A stretch of 64,000 nucleotides of DNA from Amphiscolops sp. MND2022 (taxonomy: Eukaryota): contig OZ076410.1 in assembly GCA_964187785.1 (NCBI GenBank), positions 40,176,001-40,240,000 of the forward strand, written 5' to 3'. Of the stretch, positions 32,101 to 47,239 are shown piece by piece. A program made the translations under genes and the position numbers. How positions within the stretch are numbered: the stretch's first letter is position 1; each line of letters begins with the position of its first letter. The notes beneath the pieces are model-generated. The model saw nothing but the letters and a program-made list of their open reading frames with translations, searched no databases and was not told the DNA's origin.

Positions 32101-35100
32101 GCTCTCGTTTGCTACTTAGTAGAATAGAGAAATGTTACCTTCTCAATATTGATGCGAAGTCTTCGATGTTGTGATCTCAAAACTTCAAGGTGTTTTAGTT
32201 TATTACTTAACTAACAAGACGCGCCGCTGACTTGATGACATGATTTTGAGGCTCATTATTTAGTCACTTCACTGTGAATTTTCATGAAAAATGAAGGAAT
32301 GAAAGTTTTACACTTTGCGATTCATCATATCCCATTTTAAACCCTATTTAGAAACACACTATTTAGGCTTTCTACAGTATTGTTTAGTTGTTGAACTTAG
32401 TTATTAGCAGTACCTAACTCACCATATTTTGATGTTTATCTACACAAAAAGTTAATTTACACCAAAATTATCAAAAACTTGAAGTATTAACATTTCGACT
32501 TCTTTGGGCCGATAAGTCACTTTGACGCGCTTTTCAAAGACAAAGGTGCACACACTCTTGCAAAATGCCCGGAATGTTGCAACTGGATGCCGGATTTAGT
32601 CGATGGTGCTTTATTACACCATTCCGACACGCGAATTAGCTCGGACATTCTACAAATAGTTGCATGAAACCGCTTTTTGGATTTTTAGTTGTATTCCGAG
32701 TTTTTTTAACGGGAAGACTGCGGAAAATTTTTTGATGCCATTGCACAAATAGTTCTCTAATATAGGGTAGAATGACTAGAAAATTTCATTCGAATCGTAT
32801 GAAGAGTTTTTGAGAAAATCGAAAAAAGTCGAGAATAGACTGTTTTTTGGCCATTTTGGGTTAATTTTGGCTATGGATAATTTGTGGCTATGTGCACATC
32901 CCGGTCATGCACGTTTGATGCCAATGCGCACCAAAGCGGTCCCTTTAGGTGTAGAATGACTGTGCAAAATTTCAAAATCGTATGGACAGTTTTTGAGAAG
33001 TTTGAAGTTATCATTGATAGGTCGGGAGACAAAAAACGGCACGATTGCATAAGTAGTCGAAAATTTTCTCCGACTCCTAAAAACAAGAAACGTTATATCA
33101 GGTATCCGTTATATCCGGAATTCATCATATCCGGTTTGTGTTAAGTCGTATGGACAGTTTTTGAGAAATTTGAAAATTTTATTGAAAGGTCGGGAGAAAA
33201 AACACGATTGCATAAGTAGTCAAAAATTTTGTCCGACTCTTAAAAACTATGAAACAAACCACAATTGTCCAATTTTTTCCTCTGATTTAGAGTCATTCTG
33301 AAGTGCTTTTAAAGCGAAACAGTGCAACTTTCTATTCAAAAAGGGGTAATGCATAGCTTGTTCTTTCGTCTTCGACCGTTTTGACCCTCTAACACAAGAA
33401 TACTATAAAATATGATAGTTTAGGAATTTCGTAATTTTCAAGGTGAATTTAGGGCCTTTTTCGAATAAACAAATGCATTTATCTCTTCACAAATGTCTAC
33501 TGGACGGTGAATTTGTTCCTTATTTACCGTTTTTACTTTCTAAGCCACGAAGTTGATCGAGTTTTTGATAACAATTGCAATAAAACGTTAAACTTCGGAA
33601 ACTTTTGCTAGTTTCGTTTTTCAATGGTTCTTTTTGGATCATTATCTTGATCTTTGGGGTCAACCAAAAAAGTCGAAAAATCTCTAAAAATACATTACGC
33701 ATGAAAATTTTTGTTAATTCATTCTATGGGTTAAACCTCTAACTTGGAAATAATTTTGGATCATTCGGAACCAAAAAACGCGCCTGATTTATAGTTTTTC
33801 GTTTCCCCTATCAAAAAACGGGCGAAAAATAACAACAAAAGCAGCAAATTACTGCTTCCTTATAGAGTAATAAGTGTGTGACGTAAATATACCAGTGTGA
33901 CTAAGGTGCTAGAGCACAATGCATGTAACTGCTTCAGTTAGAAGCAAACCCGTAAAAAGAAAGTTGCGAAGCAGGGGGTTGAGCTGTTAAAGACTTGTTG
34001 GATGTTTATCTTAATTTCTTTTACTGAACACATAAGAAGTTCTATGAAGTCTTAACAGGAGTAGCGTCTAGATAGCTATCTTTTCTACTGAACTGAGTTT
34101 GACTAGTTTGAACTGAGATCTCACTGAGTCTTCAATACGAGGAAACCTATTTGAATTGCTTTAACGCCATGAAATTTTTCAACTACGTGATTAGTTCAAA
34201 AGCTTTGATCGAAAAAACTTTATGAAAAAACATTGAACATGGCGTCTCATGTTAATCGCTTTGATTAAAGAGATGTTACTGTGCCAATTTGTTTGGTTGC
34301 CTAGATAGATCTACGAGGGTTCTATCTATTCTAGTAGATCTATGTAGGTTCCAACCCAGTTTTTACCGCCACCGCTGTTACTATCAAAATTTGTTAGCAG
34401 CAGAAAAATAGCTACAGGGAATTATCTTATAGTAGTCTTCCGGATGCACTCATCACTTGAACAAAGTTATAAATAATTAAAGATTCAAACTTTCTGAACT
34501 AGACCATTCAAAGCTTATGAACAGCTTTCTTTTCATATACAATTCTTGAAAAACTGTAATATCTCTCTGAGTTTTATTTGTTTTTGTTATTTCTGCGATA
34601 CGATACGGAACGCCGGGTTTTTGACATGAAGCGAATGAGTGTTAATTTTTCGTTCGCCGAGAGCTTGGCGTGCGTTCAGATGCGAATGCGAAACTTCGTC
34701 TACGCTTAGTATTTATCTTTACTTAAGTCCGAGAAGAATTGAAGGCGGTGTAGACTGGTAGTGTGAATAATTGTGCGCTTTTCAGATGAATAAGATATGC
34801 TTCTACTATTGAATATGAAAGCCTAAACGCAGAAAAAATACTGTGCCCGCAGGGACTTATTTTATGATATATAGAAGTCAAAGCTGGTTTCGAAGCTATA
34901 AACAAGATTCCTAAAATGTATGAACAACTTCTCCAGTTGGAAGTCACGCGTTTTTGTATTTAGGCGGAAGGTAATCATTTTGTTTTGTAAATCACTTTTC
35001 GGTTAACTTCTAATTACCAACTCTTCGTCTCAGACTCAAAAGTCAAGAGAATGCGCGGCCCTAACCAATCATCTGCAACTAAGGTTGCTGTCAACTTTCG

Positions 35101-36220
35101 ACGAAAAGTCACTTGCCAAAGATAGACTGAATAACGAAACGATTGATGGCAAGTAGAAGTAAAAAGGCAAGTAGAAAGAAACAGTCATAGTTCCAGTGAA
35201 CCACCACGTAATGTAGTCAGAAATCAATTTTCAGAGATGAGAAGCGAGTAAATTTTTCAAAACTCAGACTGAAACGTTCTTTTTTCTGATGCTTTTGGTA
35301 AATTTCTGGCTGTTATTCCTAAGCTGAGTGGAGTTCAGTTTGAAGTTGAGTGAGAGTGCACATGGATAAAACATAATTTTGAAAATTTTCCTGGAAGATT
35401 TCGAACACACTTCAGCGAAAATAATTAGGCTTGAAGAAAAATGTTTTTGACAATTTTCTGACAGACGTTTACATAGCATTGCTTTGTTTTGGTTAATTTC
35501 CAAAGAGCACGTAGCTATGCACTGCAAAGCATGACGGGACGTAAGAATTTTTCTGTTTCTGAACTTTGTTTTTAGTACGACGTCTTCCGAGTTTTTTTGA
35601 GTTGTTTTTGCAATCCAGAGAAGCGTCGTTGTGCGTAAAACAGTTAAAGAAACATTTTTACAAAGTCAAGGAGAACAAGGTCAGGTTCACAGGGTTTTAG
35701 GAATTTGAGTGTTTTCTTTGATTTAGACGATTCAGACATAAAATTACTAATCATGCTATGATAACCGACTAAAACATTGTTTCTGCCCCATTGAACTCAA
35801 GTCCCTCGATGGCGGTCGTGGGACTTTTCGAAAAGATTCATTGTGAAAGTCAATGAATCAGATTATTTCAAGTTGAGTAGCAACTGCGAGTGGTACATGC
35901 TGCGCAACAGTAGTCCTTTGACACATTACGGGCAACGTTCGAGGAGTATTGAACCGCAACACCGTTTCCAAAATAAGCTTTGGTCAAGGCTCTTTCAACT
36001 GAAGTAGATTTACTGCAAAGTTTTTCACTTCTTGATCTGATTCCGACAATACACGCAGCCTGTGTCTGCAGCAGGGTGACCACTTGGTCTGCTTTTAGCA
36101 GACATTCTGCTTTGGTCTGTTTTTGTCTGCTTTTTCAATCATGTCTGCTTTTTTCTTTTGAACGTATCAAATCTAACAATCTATATAACAAGTAATTTCA
36201 TCATTTCTTAAAATGTTCTA

Positions 36221-37500
36221 ATGGTTTGTTATAACATTATATTTTATTTTAAGAAAAAAATACCATGCTCTCTAACTCCTGCTATGAAGGAAACGTTTTC
36301 TTGGGCACTACCAATTCCCGGGAAAACCACACATGCTCGATGCAAATTTGATGATGCCACCATCATTAGCGTTGAAAATGGTGGTGTACAGCTATCACGA
36401 CATGTGGAGACGAGTGAGCATTCGAAAGCAGCTGCCGACTCGCGGTTACAAGCTTTCTTCAACGATGTCAAGTTGTTAATTCATTTGGATCAATTCGTTA
36501 TACATACTGAACCAATCTACAACTTTACAAAAGCGGTCCAATTGCCAAAGCTGATCATTTTTACTTGTCTCGAGTCCATTCGAAATCTTTTGATTAAATT
36601 TCTGCAACGCCTAGGACATTCGGTTTTGCTTTCTCCTTCAAAGTACAAGTCACTTTTATTTAAAAGTGACAAGCCAAAATTCTTTTGCAACAAAGTCAAA
36701 AATTTGCATTACACTGAAGACTTTGCACATGTTCTGCATTCCCTGAATAATCTCACCGCTTCTGAACAAGATGAAATTGATGAAAATTGGGGTCATAAAA
36801 ATGAAGAACAACTTCAACGAATCTTGATGCGCTTTAAGCCTTTTTTGTTATCTCCCATCGTGAGCGATCGTATCTCTTATTCGAATCTGAGATCAACAAC
36901 AAATTTTTGAAAGTCTTACAAAATCTTGCGGATGCTTCGGATTTGAATGAAGTAATGGCGTTGAACGAATTAGCCGGTTTGCGATCAAAAATTTTTATGA
37001 GCAACTTTTCCGATATGCTCAAAGCAAATTTGCTTGATACTTCTCCTACGTTATTAAACCTTACAGAAACAATCCTACTGTATCTCCCACACATTGTGAT
37101 CGTGGAAAGTGGGTTTTCAAAAATGAATATTCATGAAAGCGACTACCAGCCTACGGTAGTCTAAAATCAGACTAAATGCGTAACCAATTGTACGACGCAA
37201 TATCAATTTGTAAATGATAATATTTAGCGGGTTGCCCTAGAAAAATTTGAGTTTGTGAACGAACTCAACATTGAAATGAACAAAGCTAGCATACGATACC
37301 ACGAACCCGAAAAACAAAGATTGAAAAACGAACGCCAGGCACAAATAAACCGCATTGAATTAAAAAGAAAGAATTTTTGAAAAGATTTCAAATGGGCTAC
37401 GCAGGAGAGAGTTAAAAGAAGTGGGTAAAGAAGTGGCCAATATCGAGAAAAAAGCTTGCGAAAGCGCTCGATTGAAAACCGAAACCGTTGGACGAATCTG
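36221..37500 (+). pseudogene. Degenerate hAT-like transposase fragment (unit 2)
   Basis: Copy of 29682-31000. Confidence 0.45.
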
Positions 37501-40500
37501 CTGCGGTCTCGAAAAATCAAGAGAACATTTCTAACAGTGTTATGAACAAACTCTTTAGAAAATCAGTTTGTTTTCCGAAAACATTCCATACTAAAATTTC
37601 TCACGGTCTACTTTTTTTCCACTCTTTGATGCGTTTCGGGCAAGTCTGCTTTTTCAGAAATTATTTGTGGTCTCCCTGGTCTGCAGATATCGAAGGAATA
37701 ACACCCCAAGTGGTTTTGATTCCACATGACAGATCCTCAGCCCATTCTCCGTGGCTGTTTTCCCAATACGTTTGAAATATTCTCGAGTCGAAAGTTTCGG
37801 CAATATGCGCGAACTACGCCCCGAAACCAATAGCAACTGACAAATAATCAACGTTTCCAGAAATCGCTAGCAGTAACCGCCTCGAGTAACCGTCACATGC
37901 ACGATTACTTTGAATCAAGTTCGACTTTTGAAGAAACAGGTAGTAAAATAAAAAAAAACTTGTCAAACAAATAGGATGTTGTTTTTAGCTGATTGAAATC
38001 GTCTCAAATTTGCCATTAATTACGTCGCAACTCAAATCAATAGACATCTTAGCCACGCAGTTGTTCGAAATCGGCGCATAACAGTTGAGATCTTGGTAAC
38101 AACCTGTTGCCTTGTCGAAAGGAGTCTAAAAGCTAGACAACTGCGACCTGTCACTTCTGATGCGGCCGATTTGAAAGCATCATTTTCAAAACCTCAACTT
38201 CATAGGGAACTGCTGCTTCCGCTTTACCATTGCACACTTTTCCGACTCCATTGGAATTAATGGTTAAAGTGCGTACCATAGCATAGCCGACTCTCTAAAT
38301 AGTCCAGCCAGTCAGGCATGCAACTTTTGATAGGAGATTGTCTAGACTATCGAACGAAATTTACATGAAGACATTATCCACTGGCTCGTTTTGTCAAGTT
38401 GAATTTTGGCAGCGATGTCGCGTTCCGTTGAATTGAAGACTACCGCCGTATTTCTTGTTTGTTTTTGTTGTGAAGCTCACCCTCTCTGAATTGGAACTTT
38501 TGATGATTCTTCGAAACGTATCACAACGTGTTGTTTTATCCATTTTGTATGTTCCTGAGTCATTTTAAAAACATCTGCTCGGTCCCGGAGGATGTTGCAA
38601 AGCATTTCAAAAGAGAATGAACAAAGAAAGTATCAGACTTTTTGGCGTAATGGTAAAAGATTAGACTTTAAAGCTGTAAATTGCAGGTTTGAATCCCCAT
38701 AATTGCTCTCGTTTGCTACTCAGTAGATTAGAGAAATGTTACCTTCTCAATATTGATGCGAAGTCTTCGATGTTGTGATCTCAAAACTTCAAGGTGTTTT
38801 AGTTTAATACTTAACTAACAAGACGCGCCGCTGACTTGATGACATGATTTTGAGGCTCATTATTTAGTCACTTCACTATGAATTTTCATGAAAAATGAAG
38901 GAATGAAAGTTTTACACTTTGCGATTTATCATATCCCATTTTAAACCCTATTTAGAAACACACTATTTAGGCTTTCTACAGTATTGTTCAGTTGTTGAAC
39001 TTAGTTATTCGCAGTACCTAACTCACCATATTTTGATGTTTATTTACACAAAAAGTTAATTTACACCAAAATTATCAAAAATTTGAAGTATTAACATTTC
39101 GACTTCTTTGGGCCGATAAGTCACTTTGACGCGCTTTTCAAAGACGAAGGTGCACATACTCTTGCAAAATGCCCGGAATGTTGCAACTGGATACCGGATT
39201 TAGTCGATGGTGCTTTATTACACCATTCTGACACACGAATTAGCTCGGACATTTTACAAATAGTTGCATGAAAACGCTTTTTGGATTTTTAGTTGTATTC
39301 CGAGTTTTTTTAACGGGAAGACTGCGGAAAATTTTTTGATGCCATTGCACAAATAGTTCTCTAATATAGGGTAGAATGACTAGAAAATTTCATTCGAATC
39401 GTATGAAGAGTTTTTGAGAAAATCGAAAAAAGTCGAGAATAGACTGTTTTTTGGCCATTTTGGGTTAATTTTGGCTATGGATAATTTGTGGCTATGTGCA
39501 CATCCCCGTCATGCACGTTTGATGCCATTGCGCACCAAAGCGGTCCCTTTAGGTGTAGAATGACTGTGCAAAATTTCAAAATCGTATGGACAGTTTTTGA
39601 GAAGTTTGAAGTTATCATTGATAGGTCGGGAGACAAAAAACGGCACGATTGCTTAAGTAGTCGAAAATTTTCTCCGACTCCTAAAAACAAGAAACGTTAT
39701 ATCAGGTATCTGTTATATCCGGAATTCATCATATCCGGTTTGTGTTAAATCGTATGGACAGTTTTTGAGAAATTTGAAAATTTTATTGAAAGGTCGGGAG
39801 AAAAAACACGATTGCATAAGTAGTCAAAAATTTTGTCCGACTCTTAAAAACTATGAAACAAACCACAATTGTCCAATTTTTCCCTCTGATTTAGAGTCAT
39901 TCTGAAGTGCTTTTAAAGCGAAACAGTGCAACTTTCTTTTCAAAAAGGGGTAATGCATAGCTTGTTCTTTCGTCTTCGACCGTTTTGACCCTCTAACACA
40001 AGAATACTATAAAATATGATAGTTTAGGAATTTCGTAATTTTCAAGTTGAATTTAGGGCCTTTTTCGAATAAACAAATGCATTTACCTCTTCACAAATGT
40101 CTACTGGACGGTGAATTTGTTCCTTATTTGCCGTTTTTACTTTCTAAGCCACGAAGTTGATCGAGTTTTTGATAACAATTGCAATAAAACGTTAAACTTC
40201 GGAAACTTTTGCTAGTTTCGTTTTTCAATGGTTATTTTTGGATCATTATCTTGATCTTTGGGGTCAACCAAAAAAGTCGAAAAATCTCTAAAAATACATT
40301 ACGCATGAAAATTTATGTTAATTCATTCTATGGGTTAAACCTCTAACTTGGAAATAATTTTGGATCATTCGGAACAAAAAAACGCGCCTGATTTATAGTT
40401 TTTCGTTTCCCCTATCAAAAAACGGGCGAAAAATAACAACAAAAGCAGCAAATTACTGCTTCCTTATAGAGTAATAAGTGTGTGACGTAAAATATACCAG

Positions 40501-42731
40501 TGTGACTAAGGTGCTAGAGCACAATGCATGTAACTGCTTCAGTTAGAAGCAAACCCGTAAAAAGAAAGTTGCGAAGCAGGGGGTTGAGCTGTTAAAGACT
40601 TGTTGGATGTTTATCTTAATTTCTTTTACTGAACACATAAGAAGTTCTTTGAAGTCTTAACAGGAGTAGCGTCTAGATAGCTATCTTTTCTACTGAACTG
40701 AGTTTGACTAGTTTGAACTGAGATCTCACTGAGTCTTCAATACGAGGAAACCCATTTGAATTGCTTTAACGCCATGAAATTTTTCAACTACGTGATTAGT
40801 TCAAAAGCTTTGATCGAACAAATTTTATGAAAAAACATTGAACATGGCGTCTCATGTTAATCGCTTTGATTAAAGAGATGTTACTGTGCCAATTTGTTTG
40901 GTTGCCTAGATAGATCTACGAGGGTTCTATCTATTCTAGTAGATCTATGTAGGTTCCAACCCAGTTTTTACCGCCACCGCTGTTACTATCAAAATTTGTT
41001 AGCAGCAGAAAAATAGCTACAGGGAATTATCTTATAGTAGTCTTCCGGATGCACTCATCACTTGAACAAAGTTATAAATAATTAAAGATTCAAACTTTCT
41101 GAACTAGACCATTCAAAGCTTATGAACAGTTTTCTTTTCATATACAATTCTTGAAAAACTGTAATATCTCTCTGAGCTATATTTGTTTTTGTTATTTCTG
41201 CGATACGATACGGAACGCCGGGTTTTTGACATGAAGCGAATGAGTGTTAATTTTTCGTTCGCCGAGAGCTTGGCGTGCGTTCAGATGCGAACGCGAAACT
41301 TCGTCTACGCTCAGTAGTTATCTTTACTTAAGTCCGAGAAGAATTGAAGGCGGTGTAGACTAGTAGTGTGAATAATTGTGCGCTTTTCAGATGAATAAGA
41401 TATGCTTCTACTATTGAATATGAAAGCCTAAACGCAGAAAAAATACTGTGCCCGCAGGGACTTATTTTAGGATATATAGAAGTCAAAGCTGGTTTCGAAG
41501 CTAGAAACAAGATTCCTAAAATGTATGAACAACTTCTCCAGTTGGAAATCACGCGTTTTTGTATTTAGGCGCAAGGTAATCATTTTGTTTTGTAAATCAC
41601 TTTTCGGTTAACTTCTAATTACCAACTCTTCGTCTCAGACTCAAAAGTCAAGAGAATGCGCGGCCCTAACCAATCATCTGCAACTAAGGTTGCTGTCAAC
41701 TTTCGACGAAAAGTCACTTGCCAAAGATAGACTGAACAACGAAACGATTGATGGCAAGTAGAAGTAAAAAGATAAGTAGAAAGAAACAGTCATAGTTCCA
41801 GTGAACCACCACGTAATGTAGTCAGGAATCAATTTTCAGAGATGAGAAGCGAGTAAATTTTTTAAAACTCCGACTGAAACGTTCTTTTTTCTGATGCTTT
41901 TGGTAAATTTCTGGCTGTTATTCCTAAGCTGAGTGGAGTTCAGTTTGAAGTTGAGTGAGAGTACACATGAATAAAACATAATTTTTTACATAGCATTGCT
42001 TTGTTTTGGTTAATTTCCAAAGAGCACGTAGCTATGCACTGCAAAGCATGACGGGACGTAAGAATTTTTCTGAACTTTGTTTTTAGTACGACGTCTTCCA
42101 AGTTTTCTTGAGTTGTTTTTGCAATCCAGAGAAGCGTCGTTATGCGTGAAACAGTTGAAGAAACATTTTTACAAAGTCAAGGAGAACAAGGTCAGGTTCA
42201 CAGGGTTTTAGAAATTTGAGTGTTTTCTTTGATTTAGACGATTCAGACATAAAATTACTAATCATGCTATGATAACCGACTAAAACATTGTTTCTGCCCC
42301 ATTGAACTCAAGTCCCTCGATGGCGGTCGTGGGACTTTTCGAAAAGATTCATTGTGAAAGTCAATGAATCAGATTATTTCAAGTTGAGTAGCAACTGCGA
42401 GTGGTACATGCTGCGCAACAGTAGTCCTTTGACACATTACGGGCAACGTTCGAGGAGTATTGAACCGCAACACCGTTTCCAAAATAAGCTTTGGTCAAGG
42501 CTCTTTCAACTGAAGTAGATTTACTGCAAAGTTTTTCACTTCTTGATCTGATTCCGACAATACACGCAGCCTGTGTCTGCAGCAGGGTGACCACTTGGTC
42601 TGCTTTTAGCAGACATTCTGCTTTGGTCTGTTTTTGTCTGCTTTTTCAATCATGTCTGCTTTTTTCTTTTGAACGTATCAAATCTAACAATCTATATAAC
42701 AAGTAATTTCATCATTTCTTAAAATGTTCTA

Positions 42732-44000
42732 ATGGTTTGTTATAACATTATATTTTATTTTAAGAAAAAAATACCATGCTCTCTAACTCCTGCTATGAAG
42801 GAAACGTTTTCTTGGGCACTACCAATTCCCGGGAAAACCACACATGCTCGATGCAAATTTGATGATGCCACCATCATTAGCGTTGAAAATGGTGGTGTAC
42901 AGCTATCACGACATGTGGAGACGAGTGAGCATTCGAAAGCAGCTGCCGACTCGCGATTACAAGCTTTCTTCAACGATGTCAAGTTGTTAATTCATTTGGA
43001 TCAATTCGTTATACATACTGAACCAATCTACAACTTTACAAAAGCGGTCCAATTGCCAAAGCTGATCATTTTTACTTGTCTCGAGTCCATTCGAAATCTT
43101 TTGATTAAATTTCTGCAACGCCTAGGACATTCGGTTTTGCTTTCTCCTTCAAAGTACAAGTCACTTTTATTTAAAAGTGACAAGCCAAAATTCTTTTGCA
43201 ACAAAGTCAAAAATTTGCATTACACTGAAGACTTTGCACATGTTCTGCATTCCCTGAATAATCTCACCGCTTCTGAACAAGATGAAATTGTTGAAAATTG
43301 GGGTCAAAAAAATGAAGAACAACTTCAACGAATCTTGATAAGCTTTAAGCTTTTTTGTTATCTCCCATCGTGAGCAGATCGTATCTCTTATTCGAATCTG
43401 AGATCAACAACAAATTTTTGAAAGTCTTACAAAACCTTGCGGATGCATCGGATTTGAAAGAAGTAATGGCGTTGAACGAATTAGCCGGTTTGCGATCGAA
43501 AAATATTATGAGCAATTTTTCCGATATGCTCAAAGCAAATTTGCTTGATACTTCTCCTACGTTATTAAACCTTACAGAAACAATCCTACTGTATCTCCCA
43601 CACATTATGATCGTGGAAAGTGGGTTTTCAAAAATGAATATTCATGAAAGCGACTACCAGCCAGGTATGCGTAACCAATTGTACGACGCAATATCAATTT
43701 GTAAATGATAATATTTAGCGGGTTGCCCTAGAAAAATTTGAGTTTGTGAACAAACTCAACATTGAAATGAACAAAGCTAGCATACGATACCACGAGTCCG
43801 AAAAACAAAGATTAAAAAACGAACGCCAGGCACAAATAAACCGCATTGAATTAAAAAGAAAGAATTTTTGAAAAGATTTCAAATGGGTTACGCAGGAGAG
43901 AGTTAAAAGAAGTGGATAAAGAAGTGGCCGATATCGAGAAAAAAGCTTGCGGAAGCGCTCGATTGAAAACTGAAACCGTAGGACGAATCTGCTGCGGTCT
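42732..44000 (+). pseudogene. Degenerate hAT-like transposase fragment (unit 3)
   Basis: Copy of 29682-31000. Confidence 0.45.
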
Positions 44001-47000
44001 CGGAAAATCAAGAAGACATTTCTAACAGTGTTATGAACAAACTCTTTAGAAAATCAGTTTGTTTTCCGAAAACATTCCATACTAAAATTTCTCACGGTCT
44101 ACTTTTTTTCCACTCTTTGATGCGTTTCGGGCAAGTCTGCTTTTTCAGAAATTATTTGTGGTCTCCCTGGTCTGCAGATATCGAAGGAATAACACCCCAA
44201 GTGGTTTTGATTCCACATGACAGATCCTCAGCCCATTCTCCGTGGCTGTTTTCCCAATACGTTTGAAATATTCTCGAGTCGAAAGTTTCGGCAATATGCG
44301 CGAACTACGCCCCGAAACCAATAGCAACTGACAAATAATCAACGTTTCCAGAAATCGCTAGCAGTAACCGCCTCGAGTAACCGTCACATGCACGATTACT
44401 TTGAATCAAGTTCGACTTTTGAAGAAACAGGTAGTAAAATAAAAAAAAACTTGTCAAACAAATAGGATGTTGTTTTTAGCTGATTGAAATCGTCTCAAAT
44501 TTGCCATTAATTACGTCGCAACTCAAATCAATAGACATCTTAGCCACGCAGTTGTTCGAAATCGGCGCATAACAGTTGAGATCTTGGTAACAACCTGTTG
44601 CCTTGTCGAAAGGAGTCTAAAAGCTAGACAACTGCGACCTGTCACTTCTGATGCGGCCGATTTGAAAGCATCATTTTCAAAACCTCAACTTCATAGGGAA
44701 CTGCTGCTTCCGCTTTACCATTGCACACTTTTCCGACTCCATTGGAATTAATGGTTAAAGTGCGTACCATAGCATAGCCGACTCTCTAAATAGTCCAGCC
44801 AGTCAGGCATGCAACTTTTGATAGGAGATTGTCTAGACTATCGAACGAAATTTACATGAAGACATTATCCACTGGCTCGTTTTGTCAAGTTGAATTTTGG
44901 CAGCGATGTCGTCGCGTTCCGTTGAATTGAAGACTACCGCCGTATTTCTTGTTTGTTTTTGTTGTGAAGCTCACCCTCTCTGAATTGGAACTTTTGATGA
45001 TTCTTCGAAACGTATCACAACGTGTTGTTTTATCCATTTTGTATGTTCCTGAGTCATTTTAAAAACATCTGCTCGGTCCCGGAGGATGTTGCAAAGCATT
45101 TCAAAAGAGAATGAACAAAGAAAGTATCAGACCTTTTGGCGTAATGGTAAAAGATTAGACTTTAAAGCTGCAAATTGCAGGTTTGAATCCCCATAATTGC
45201 TCTCGTTTGCTACTTAGTAGAATAGAGAAATGTTACCTTCTCAATATTGATGCGAAGTCTTCGATGTTGTGATCTCAAAACTTCAAGGTGTTTTAGTTTA
45301 TTACTTAACTAACAAGACGCGCCGCTGACTTGATGACATGATTTTGAGGCTCATTATTTAGTCACTTCACTATGAATTTTCATGAAAAATGAAGGAATGA
45401 AAGTTTTACACTTTCCGATTCATCATATCCCATTTTAAACCCTATTTAGAAACACACTATTTAGGCTTTCTACAGTATTGTTTAGTTGTTGAACTTAGTT
45501 ATTAGCAGTACCTAATTCACCATATTTTGATGTTTTATCTACACAAAAAGTTAATTTACACCAAAATTATCAAAAATTTGAAGTATTAACATTTCGACTT
45601 CTTTGGGCCGATAAGTCACTTTGACGCGCTTTTCAAAGACAAAGGTGCACACACTCTTGCAAAATGCCCGGAATGTTGCAACTGGATGCCGGATTTAGTC
45701 GATGGTGCTTTATTACACCATTCCGACACGCGAATTAGCTCGGACATTCTACAAATAGTTGCATGAAAACGCTTTTTGGATTTTTAGTTGTATTCCGAGT
45801 TTTTTTAACGGGAAGACTGCGGAAAATTTTTTGATGCCATTGCACAAATAGTTCTCTAATATAGGGTAGAATGACTAGAAAATTTCATTCGAATCGTATG
45901 AAGAGTTTTTGAGAAAATCGAAAAAAGTCGAGAATAGACTGTTTTTTGGCCATTTTGGGTTAATTTTGGCTATGGATAATTTGTGGCTATGTGCACATCC
46001 CCGTCATGCACGTTTGATGCCATTGCGCACCAAAGCGGTCCCTTTAGGTGTAGAAAGACTGTGCAAAATTTCAAAATCGTATGGACAGTTTTTGAGAAGT
46101 TTGAAGTTATCATTGATAGGTCGGGAGACAAAAAACGGCACGATTGCTTAAGTAGTCGAAAATTTTCTCCGACTCCTAAAAACAAGAAACGTTATATCAG
46201 GTATCCGTTATATCCGGAATTCATCATATCCGGTTTGTGTTAAGTCGTATGGACAGTTTTTGAGAACTTTGAAAATTTTATTGAAAGGTCGGGAGAAAAA
46301 ACACGATTGCATTTGTAGTCAAAAATTTTGTCCGACTCTTAAAAACTATGAAACAAACCACAATTGTCCAATTTTTCCCTCTGATTTAGAGTCATTCTGA
46401 AGTGCTTTTAAAGCGAAACAGTGCAACTTTCTTTTCAAAAAGGGGTAATGCATAGCTTGTTCTTTCGTCTTCGACCGTTTTGACCCTCTAACACAAGAAT
46501 ACTATAAAATATGATAGTTTAGGAATTTCGTAATTTTCAAGTTGAATTTAGGGCCTTTTTCGAATAAACAAATGCATTTACCTCTTCACAAATGTCTACT
46601 GGACGGTGAATTTGTTCCTTATTTGCCGTTTTTACTTTCTAAGCCACGAAGTTGATCGAGTTTTTGATAACAATTGCAATAAAACGTTAAACTTCGGAAA
46701 CTTTTGCTAGTTTCGTTTTTCAATGGTTATTTTTGGATCATTATCTTGATCTTTGGGATCAACCAAAAAAGTCGAAAAATCTCTAAAAATACATTACGCA
46801 TGAAAATTTATGTTAATTCATTCTATGGGTTAAACCTCTAACTTGGAAATAATTTTGGATCATTCGGAACAAAAAAACGCGCCTGATTTATAGTTTTTCG
46901 TTTCCCCTATCAAAAAACGGGCGAAAAATAACAACAAAAGCAGCAAATTACTGCTTCCTTATAGAGTAATAAGTGTGTGACGTAAATATACCAGTGTGAC

Positions 47001-47225
47001 TAAGGTGCTAGAGCACAATGCATGTAACTGCTTCAGTTAGAAGCAAACCCGTAAAAAGAAAGTTGCGAAGCAGGGGGTTGAGCTGTTAAAGACTTGTTGG
47101 ATGTTTATCTTAATTTCTTTTACTGAACACATAAGAAGTTCTTTGAAGTCTTAACAGGAGTAGCGTCTAGATAGCTATCTTTTCTACTGAACTGAGTTTG
47201 ACTAGTTTGAACTGAGATCTCAGAA

Positions 47226-47239
47226 TTCTTTTTCTTCCT
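47226..47239 (-). promoter_or_regulatory. Candidate PPT of element 2, implying a 3' LTR whose inner end is the CA at 47222
   Basis: Minus strand AGGAAGAAAAAGAA followed 3 nt later by TGAGATCTC; partner LTR not in the window. Confidence 0.35.

Larger units (their letters stand above)
27596..47222. repeat. Tandem segmental triplication, units 27596-34123, 34128-40728 and 40733-47222 (~6.5 kb each)
   Basis: Each unit starts GTCTTCAATACGAGG and ends GAACTGAGATCTCA; both junctions carry the same CTGA filler; units differ by SNPs and indels. Confidence 0.96.

Noticed and set aside
28191-46243. Recurrent 60-90-aa ORFs in the 6.5-kb units as a gene cluster
   Set aside because: They recur only because the DNA is triplicated; many lie in interspersed repeats or opposite the transposase remnant.
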